Shown here: in pieces, positions 36,836 to 46,000 of the stretch
Numbering within the stretch: the first letter of the stretch is position 1
Layout of the letters: the number at the start of each line of letters is the position of its first letter
From: Malacoraja senta
Lineage: Eukaryota
Assembly (NCBI GenBank): GCA_038087875.1
Contig: CM076002.1
Coordinates: forward strand, 558,001 to 622,000
Reading direction: 5' to 3'
Length of the DNA: 64,000 nucleotides
Position numbers and translations under genes: made by a program
The notes under the pieces: generated by a model
What the model saw: the letters and a program-made list of their open reading frames with translations, nothing else
What the model was told of the DNA's origin: nothing
Database searches by the model: none

Positions 36836-37696
36836 TCAGTAAAGGTGTAGACCGTCCCCTTTGTACAGGTTACCCCTACCCCAGAAGAGATCCCAGTGGT
36901 CTATAAATCTAAATCCTTGCTCCATGCTCCAGCCCCTCAGCCACACATTCAGATCTGCTATCTCCCTGTTCCTGTCCTCACTAGCACGAGATACAGGAAG
37001 CAATTCAGAGATAACCACCCAAGAAGTCTGGCATTTCAGTCTTCTTCCCAACTCTCTGAACTCATGTTGGAGAACCTCCTTCTTCCCGATGTTGTTTGTG
37101 CCTACGTGCACAACTACCGCCGGCTGTTCACCTTCTCTTTCGAGGATGTTCTGAATTTGGCTTGTGACATCCTGATCCCTGGCACCAGGGAGGCAACAGA
37201 CCATCCTCGCATCTCGTCTGCCACCACAGAATCTCCTGTCCGCTCCTCGGACAATGGAGTCACCCACCACTAGTGCTCTGCCCAATGTCAGTCTCGCCGG
37301 TCGAGTCCCATCTCTAGGATTGGAGCCACCGAAGTGTCCGCCGCTCGGATTGGAAACATCGTCTCCCCAGACAGTTCCCAAGAGGGCGTACCTGTTTTCA
37401 TTAGGCACAGCCACCTGGGTCTTCTGCACTCCACGATTTCCACCCTTTCTCTCCATCACACACCTCGGTTCTTCCCGTATCCTCGGCATGACTACCTCAC
37501 TGTAGGTCCTGTCCAGGAAACTCTCATTTTCCCGGATGGCCCTAAGGTCATCCAGCTGCTTCTCCAGTGCCCCAACATGGTCCTTTAGGAGCTGAAGCTG
37601 GACGTACTTGCCACAGTTGTAGCAGCCAGAGGCTCCCTCTGCGTCGCTGGGCTCCCACATTCTGCAAGCCTCACACTGTCTCATCTGTCCCGACAT
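36836..37696 (-). CDS. CR1 ORF1 protein (zinc finger / leucine zipper + SGNH esterase domain)
   Basis: CEAC...CGKY, heptad leucines, VVGDSIVRG, CCLPGA, HVGTNNI and DGLHL motifs. Confidence 0.85.
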   Translation of the reverse strand: MSGQMRQCEACRMWEPSDAEGASGCYNCGKYVQLQLLKDHVGALEKQLDDLRAIRENESFLDRTYSEVVMPRIREEPRCVMERKGGNRGVQKTQVAVPNENRYALLGTVWGDDVSNPSGGHFGGSNPRDGTRPARLTLGRALVVGDSIVRGADRRFCGGRRDARMVCCLPGARDQDVTSQIQNILEREGEQPAVVVHVGTNNIGKKEVLQHEFRELGRRLKCQTSWVVISELLPVSRASEDRNREIADLNVWLRGWSMEQGFRFIDHWDLFWGRGNLYKGDGLHLY

Positions 37697-37874
37697 GTGT
37701 TCACTTGAGCTTTATGCGTAGCCTCCTCTCCTCGGCTTCCTCGCCGAGACTCTCGAGCGAAAGACTCACACTTTACTCACAAATCACTTCCCTCACTACC
37801 GCTCCCTAAGAGCCGTCTTGCTTATATTGACTGATAAATTGCCTAATTTACCAATTCAGAAAACCAAATTCCTC

Positions 37875-38325
37875 AGTTTTAAACTTTCCCCCACTGACTC
37901 ACCTCTAACTCTCCTCCCACTCGGGCCTGAGTTAATCAGTGCTTTTTCCTGCTTCTCTTTGCTGCTGTTTCTTCAAAATCCACGTAAGCTCTGCGTTTAG
38001 TCTGTCTGGGTTTTGCTGCTCTTTTTAAACTGTTTTCCCCCTTTGACTCACCTCTAACTCTCCTCCCACAGGCTAGAGCCAATCAGTGCTTTTTCCTGCT
38101 TCTCTTTGCTGCTGTTTCTTCAAAATCCACGGAAGCTCGGAGTTAAGTCGGTCTGTGTTTTGCTGCTCTTTTTAAAACTGTTTTCCCCCTCTGACTGACT
38201 TCTAACTCTCCTCCCACACGGGCTAGAGCCAATCAGTGCTTTTTCCTGCTTCTCTTTGCTGCTGTTCTTCAAAATCCACGGAAGCTCTGAGTTAAGTCTG
38301 TCTGTGTTTTGCCGCTCTTTTTAAA
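37875..38325 (-). repeat. About 149-bp tandem repeat x3 forming the 5' end of the CR1
   Basis: ctaactctcctcccac recurs at 37905, 38054 and 38202. Confidence 0.9.
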
Positions 38326-38399
38326 CAAAAAGCCTGGATCACAAAGCCTTTGTTTGAATTACCATTGTTCATCACATCCTCCTTATCTCTGTATTTGCA

Positions 38400-39380
38400 A
38401 ACAGAAGGTCAGAGTCTGTTAAAGTTATTCAGAGTTCCAATGAGCACTTGATTCTCAACCATGCTTTTTTTTAACTCCCTTTTTCAGTGTTCTTTGATTT
38501 ATCTGCTGTTGCTCTTTCTCTGGTGCGCTGTGCTGGATTCATTACTGCTCTTCCTCTTCTACCTTAAACCCTCTCCCTTCTTTCCCATCTTCATTTTCAG
38601 TTGTTCCTTCTTCTGGGGTTGCCCTTCCCTGTAGGAGTACCGGTGCCCCTCCTTTTCACGGGATATTAGTGTTGTAGCTCCTGCTGTTAGTGACTGGTGG
38701 CCAGGGCATGGGGGAGGTCATCTTCATTATTACCGATTTTGTTTCTCTCCCCAAATTTATTCCTCATCCCCCTCTTCTATAAACAGGGTCACCATTGCCA
38801 GTCAAGAGGTCCCTGCGGATATTTTGCTTAGGTTTCCGTTTTTGTATACCAATTGTTTATACTTTGTTGGCCAACCGTATTCTCTTTTTTGAAAATCTTC
38901 TCGCCTGATCATAATGTAATCTTTATGTTTTCCCGGAGCCAAATAACACATATGCTGTACCGAAGCTCTCATATGTGCCGGAGCTCCCTCATCATTCTAA
39001 TCCCGAGCCTGTCCCTTCATTCGGCTCTATATCAACAAAATTTATGATCTATATCCGACCTGTTCAATCGAAAATACGCGTCCCGGACCCTCTAACATTT
39101 TATCTGCAATCTCGACCCACATGGTACTTCCGGATCACGAGTTCCCAAGTCTGAGCTGCTCAATCAACAAAAAATGTTACCTTATGTTATCTTCAAGGAT
39201 CTTGGCAGAAAACCAGATCAACTTCAGACGAAGGACCACAGTGTTCCCGGGCGCCCTCAGGAGTTCAGACTCAAGGGGTCCGATAGTGCACTTTCTACTC
39301 CCTTTGAGATACCGGCCAAACTGTAGCCTCTTACTCAGTCTTCAGAGATAATTTCCAACAATATCCTGCTGACTACGCCA
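38400..39380 (-). mobile_element. Probable endogenous retrovirus / LTR-element internal remnant (PBS, leader, decayed gag start)
   Basis: Minus strand TGGCGTAGTCAGCAGGAT (39363-39380) is a 17/18 match to the complement of the vertebrate tRNA-Ser 3' end. A purine-rich, stop-interrupted frame follows (SVQHMCYLAPG...REYGWPTK). No LTR recognised. Confidence 0.55.
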
Positions 39381-39678
39381 ACATTAAAGTTCAATTTGCT
39401 TTTTTCTTTTCTTTGACCTTGTTTAATTGTTTGTACATTATGATCTGCAGAGTAGAGGGTAAGAATCGAGTTGTCTGAACATCTTTCTGATTGTTTATAT
39501 CATAGAGCAAAATATCGAGTGTTATCGTGCTTAAATCTCATTTCTGTAATAGAAGAAAGACAAAACATTCCTGTTATTGTGCTGTAATCTTGTTAGTGTT
39601 TATATTATAGGACAAGACGCCTGGTGTTTTTGTGCAGAAATCTCACTAGTGTAATAGGAGAAAGGTTAAGCATTCATT

Positions 39679-39744
39679 TACTAACTTCTAAATCTACAGC
39701 AGAATCCATTTTGTAATTTCTAAATCTTTCAAATCTTTCAGCAG
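39679..39744 (+). promoter_or_regulatory. Candidate branch point and 3' splice acceptors for the GTPase exon
   Basis: TACTAAC at 39679-39685; ctacag|cag at 39699/39702; tctttcaaatctttcag|cag at 39741/39744. Confidence 0.4.
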
Positions 39745-40098
39745 GACATCAAGAGGATCGTCATTCAGAGCCAAAGAAGTGACCAGCCCTGTGATCCCAG
39801 GATAGGAACTCCAGTACTCCAACACATCACAACTTGGTAGTCTGGGCTCTGTGAAATATCCCGGAACAGGAGACTGGACAACTCGATAAATCCTGGGCCA
39901 GTATCCAGGCACCGTGTTATATTGTGGAATAGGAGCCCAGTCCTCAAGGTAGATACTGGGACAGAAACGTACAACTGGTGAAGATTCACCCAACAGTAAT
40001 ATACAAGACAGGAGCCATGACAAGCTGGGAATTTCAGGACAAGAACTCTGGGAGAGAGCATACAGATCCCAGGAAGTACATTCATTTGGGCAGAGGGA

Positions 40099-43000
40099 AT
40101 GGGGAATTTTTCATCAAATTTAAAGAGATGGTCTGAATACCTGAACACTCCACAACTTGTGAGGGATTTGGGTTTACAGGATAATTATCCTCATAAACTG
40201 TCACTGACGTCCATGCGGGAGATATTCTGGGGTAAACTGGACGACAACAAACCAACTCGACCAGAAGATCTTCCTTGGCGATTTCTCCAAAGGATCCTCT
40301 CAGCTAATTCACTGGCGAGGAATCCTGAATGGCCAGAGATTTCTGGGATTAACCCTCTGGATATCATTGCTGCCATTTTCCTCTGTGCCGACCACTCTCT
40401 CCAGCAGGAACTGATGCTGAAGATGTCTCTGTGCCAACTTGCATTACCCTTTCTGCTGCCGGAAGGGCACAGTTACCCCAGGGACAAGGTGAGGGGACCC
40501 ATGGAATTGCCTGGTGCCACCCTTCTCCTCTGGGCCATGAGGCACATTGTTAAAATGTGGTGCCCACAATCTCCCACAGGGACCAGCCCCATTGTGGAGA
40601 TGCCCATCATGACAGCAACCGTGCCAACTGTCTCCTTCCTCAGACTCGGAAGGTGCACGGTGTCCAAATCCAGAGTCCTCAATCTCACCTTGAGCCAGAC
40701 CCAGCTGCAGCAGAACATCTTCCTGCACTCCGGCATGAAATGTGGGAATGTGCCCCGTGGGATATCGGATGGGATGGCTGAGATCAGCTGGTATCTACCG
40801 TCTGGGAAGAGCAACACAGACATTTTCCCGGAGGCTGCTGCATTCATCAACCTCCGAGGTGATGCTGAAACTTACCAGGGACACACTCGGTTTCTGGCAA
40901 AAGTCTCTGCTGCTCTCTTTATTTTCATTGACGTTATCGGTGAGAAGGAAAGAGAATTCCTCACCTCTCTCGCACAGTCACCGGCAAAACTCTTTCTGAT
41001 AGTGAACACTTACATCAGTGAGCAACACATCACCCCTGAGCAGGTAAAGAAACTGTTCAAAGATCTGAAGTTACAACCTCAACAATGCATTGTTCGGACA
41101 AATGTAAACGAGGCCAAACTTGTGGAAAAACTTTGTTCTCAGATAAAACAAGTGATTCTTATGAGGGACAGGGACCAGAGCTTCTTGAGTCTGGAGCAAA
41201 TGGGTGACATTGCGAGAGAAAGTGGGATTAAGGTCGATGAACATCATCCTGAAATACAACGGGCCAAGGACCTGTCGTCCAAACCACAGAGAGAGGCCGA
41301 CCATGGACACAGATTGAGATCAGATCATCCATCTCACCAGCATTCACCAGGTCTCCCACAGGGAATGGCTGGTGATCCATCAGCTGGAAATAACTTTGCA
41401 AAGTTACAACCACAACAATGTGTTTCTCGGACAAATGTAAGTGAGGCAACGCTTGTAGAAAAATGTAATTCTCCCATACAACAAGTAACATGGAAGAGGG
41501 ACAGTGACCAGATCTTCATTAGTCTGGAGCAAACGGGTGACATTGTGAGGGAAAGTGAGATTCAGGTCAATGAACATCATCCTGAAATACAACGGGCCAA
41601 GGACCTGACGTCCAAACCACACAGAGAGGTCGACCACAGACACGGCAGGGAATCAGAGCATCCATCTCACCGGCATTCACCATGTCTTCCAGAGGGAATG
41701 ACTGGTGTTCCACCAGCTGCAAATAACCAGGCTGAAAATTGGAGCCCCCTACAACTTGTGAGGGATTTGGGTTTACAGGATCATTATCCTCATAAACTGT
41801 CACTGACGTCCATGCGGGAGGTATCCTGGGGTAAACTGGACGACAGCAAACCAACTCGACCAGAAGATCTTCCTTGGCGATTTCTCCAAATGATCTTCTC
41901 AGCCAATTCACTGGCGAGGAATCCTGAATGGCCACCTGCTCAGTCCTTGGAAGACAAGAAAGATGATGTTGAAGATTTCAACGATTTCGTTGAAATGAAA
42001 GATCCAGGAGATTCTGGGATTAACCCTCTGGATATCATTGCTGCCATTTTCCTCTGTGCCGACCACTCTCTCCAGCAGGAACTGATGCTGAAGATGTCTC
42101 TGTGCCAACTTGCATTACCCTTTCTGCTGCCGGAAGGGCACAGTTACCCCAGGGACAAGGTGAGGGGACCCATGGAAGGGTCTGGTGCCACCCTTCTCCT
42201 CTGGGCCATGAGGCCCATTGTTAAAATGTGGTGCCCACAATCTCCCACAGGGAACAGCCCCGTTGTGGAGATGCCCATCGTGACAGCAACCGTGCCAACT
42301 GTCTCCTTCCTCAGACTCGGAAGGTGCACGGTGTCCAAATCCAGAGTCCTCAATCTCACCTTGAGCCAGACCCAGCTGCAGCAGAACATCTTCCTGCACT
42401 CCGGGATGGAATGTGGGAACGTGCCTCGTGGGATATCAGATGGGATGGCTGAGATCAGCTGGTACCAACATTCTGGGATGAGCAACACGGACATTTTCCC
42501 GGAGGCTGCTGCATTTATCAACCTCCGAGGTGATGCTGAAACTTACCAGGGACACACTCGGTTTCTGGCAAAAGTCTCTGCTGCTCTCTTTATTTTCATT
42601 GACATTATCGGTGAGAAGGAAAGAGAATTCCTCACCTCTCTCGCACAGTCACCGGCAAAACTCTTTCTGATAGTGAACACTTACATCAGTGAGCAACATA
42701 TCACCCCTGAGCAGGTAAAGACACTGTTCAAAGATCTGAAGTTACAACCTCAACAATGCATTGTTCGGAAAAATGTAAACAAGGCCAAACTTGTGGAAAA
42801 ACTTAGTTCTCAGATAAAACAAGTGATTCTAATGAGTGACAGGGACCAGAGCTTCCTGAGTCTGGAACAAATGGGTGACATTGCGAGAGAAAGTGGGACT
42901 AAGGTCGATGAACATCAGCGTGAAATACAACGGGCCAAGGACCTGACATCCAAACCACAGAGCAAGGTCGACCATGGAAACAGTTGGGAATCAGATCATC

Positions 43001-46000
43001 CATCTCACCGGCATTCACCATGTCTCCCACAGGGAATGTCTGGTGATCCACCAGATGGAAATAACTTTGCAAAGTTACAACCACAACAATGTGTTTCTCG
43101 GACAAATGTAAGTGATGCAACACTTGCAGAACAATTTAATTCTCCGATACAACAAGTAACATGGAAGAGGGACAGTGACCAGAGCTTCCCGAGTGTGGAG
43201 CAAACGGGTGACATTGCGAGGGAAAATGGGATTCTGATCAATGAACATCAGCCTGAAATAGAACAAGCCAAGGACTTGACGTCCAAACCACAGAGAGAGT
43301 CCGACCCTGGTCATGGCAGGGAATCAGAGGATCCATCTCACCGGCATTCACCATGTATCCCAGAGGGAATGACTGGTGTTCCACCAGCTAGAAATAAACA
43401 GGATGAAAATCGGAGCCCCCTACAACTTGTGAGGGATTTGGGTTTACAGGATCATTATCCTCACAAACTGTCACTGACGTCCATGCGGGAGGTATCCTGG
43501 CATAAACTGGCCGACAGCAAACCAACTCGACCACAAGATCTTCCGTGGCGATTTCTCCAAAGGATCCTCTCAGCTAATTCACTGGCGAGGAATCCTGAAT
43601 GGCCCCCTGCTCAGTTCTTGGAAGACAAGAAAAATGATGTTGAAGATCTCAGTGATTTCTTTGTAGTGAAAGAGCCAGGAGATTCTGGGATTAACCCTCT
43701 GGATATCATTGCTGCCATTTTCCTCTGTGCCGACCACTCTCTCCAGCAGGAACTGATGCTGAAGATGTCTCTGTGCCAACTTGCATTACCCTTTCTGCTG
43801 CTGGAAGGGCACAGTTACCCCAGGGACAAGGTGAGGGGACCCATGGAAGGGCCTGGTGCCACCCTTCTCCTCTGGGCCATGAGGCCCATTGTTAAAATGT
43901 GGTGCCCACAATCTCCCACAGGGAGCAGCCCCGTTGTGGAGATGCCCATCGTGACAGCAACCGTGCCAACTGTCTCCTTCCTCAGACTCGGAAGGTGCAC
44001 GGTGTCCAAATCCAGAGTCCTCAATCTCACCTTGAGCCAGACCCAGCTGCAGCAGAACATCTTCCTGCACTCCGAGATGGAATGTGGGAATGTGCCCCGT
44101 GGGATATCAGATGGGATGGCTGAGATCAGCTGGTATCTACCTTCTCGGAAGAGCAACACGGACATTTTCCCGGAGGCTGCGGCATTCATCAACCTCCGAG
44201 GTGATGCTGAAACTTACCAGGGACACACTCGGTTTCTGGCAAAAGTCTCTGCTGCTCTCTTTATTTTCATTGACGTTATCGGTGAGAAGGAAAGAGAATT
44301 CCTCACCTCTCTGGCACAGTCACCGGCAAAACTCTTTCTGATAGTGAACACTCACATCAGTGAGCAACACATCACCCCTGAGCAGGTAAAGAAACTGTTC
44401 AAAGATCTGAAGTTACAACCTCAACAATGCATTGTTCGGACAAGTGTAAACAAGGCCAAACTTGTGGAAAAACTTCGTTTCCAGATAAAACAAGTGATTC
44501 TAATGAGGGACAAGGAGCAAAGCTTCCTGAGTCTGGAACAAGTGGGTGACATTGCGAGGGAAAGTGGGATTCAGGTCGATGAACATCAGCCTGAAATACA
44601 ACAGGCCAAGGACCTGACCAAAATACTGGGCAGTCTTGACCCTGCAGACATCACTGGGTATAAAAAGAGAGTGCTGCCCTTTCATGGAGAGCCCTGGCAA
44701 GGACTGTCTAAATTTGAGAAAGAGAAGTCTCGGATGAAACTCCGCGGGGACAGAACCACAGAGAAGTATAACCATGAGCTGGACCAAGACAAGAAAAGAA
44801 TCCGGGAAGCTCAGCTCATACAGAGCCTGTCGGAGGAGATGCAGATGTTCATTGACCACCTCACCTGTCCTGGTGGGGATGACAGGGCCATTTCCTTGCA
44901 GTGGCTGAAGCTGATGCTGGACAGTAAATCAAGGCAAATCATGGCAGGATTGCGCAGGGATTATAAAGAACTGAGCAAAGACTCAATGCAGAAGGTCAAG
45001 GAGCTGAAGGACATGGGTCAGAAGATGACTGATAGTTCCCTGGGACTTGAGCACTTCATGAGGGAACTGGGCCAGGTTTATGAACTCTCAGTGACACAAC
45101 ACAACATCAAGCAACAAACACAGATCCACCCACATGTGCTTCAGTTACCGGGTGTTGCTGCTGAACTGTTACTGGATGGGTTCCCACTGGAGCTCATTGA
45201 TGGAGACGTCTCCAACGTTCCTGTTTCATGGATCACTGCTGTACTGGAAGCAGTGGCCGAGAAGGTGGGACGTGCTTCCCGAGTGTTTGTGCTGACAGTG
45301 ATTGGAGTTCAGAGCACGGGCAAGTCCACGCTCCTCAATACAATGTTCTGTTTGCGGTTTGCTGTGAGCAGCGGCCGATGTACACGAGGGGCCTACATGC
45401 AGCTGATGAAGGTCACAGGGAGCCTGGCGGAGGAGCTGGGCTGTGACTTCATCCTGGTCATTGACACGGAGGGGCTGAGAGCTCCAGAACTTGCAACACT
45501 AACAGACAGCTACGAACACGACAATGAGCTGGCAACATTCGTGGTGGGATTAAGCAACATAACGTTGGTAAACATAGGCATGGAAAACATCGCAGAGATG
45601 AAAGATATTTTACAGATTGTTGTTCATTCCTTACTCCGCATGAAACTGATGGGGAGAAGACCAAAGTGTATATTTGTCCACCAGAATGTTGGAGATGTGA
45701 GTGCACATGATCACAATCTGAGAGGCCGTCAGAAACTACTGGAACAGCTGGATAAGATGACAGAGGCTGCAGCAAAACTGGAGAAGGTGGAGGGAGTTAC
45801 GTTCCGTGAAGTGATGGACTATGATGCTGACAAGGACAACTGGTTCATCCCTGGTCTGTGGCAAGGTACACCCCCAATGGCTGCCGTCAACACTGGCTAC
45901 AGTGAACACATCTTCCAACTGAAGATGAGTCTCATTCAATGTTTACTCAAAGGGAAACCAGACCAAGGAGCTTTAACAATCCCAGACTTTACCAAATGGA

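Larger units (their letters stand above)
28400..38327 (-). mobile_element. Long host CR1 (5' UTR monomers, ORF1, 5' half of ORF2) fragmented by DIRS, MITE and short retroposon insertions
   Basis: CR1 sequence is continuous across the inserts (for example ...aaagtacctgtt | ctactcgtctgcc...). Endonuclease ORFs 36287-36757 and 35867-36121; ORF1 36836-37696. Confidence 0.85.

Noticed and set aside
39363..39380. tRNA-Ser gene
   Set aside because: Only the terminal 18 nt match, including CCA; no cloverleaf or A/B boxes. Treated as a primer-binding site.
40153..44618. Triplication as an assembly artefact
   Set aside because: The units differ by many substitutions and an in-frame 72-bp indel, so an artefact is unlikely, though long-read confirmation is still needed.
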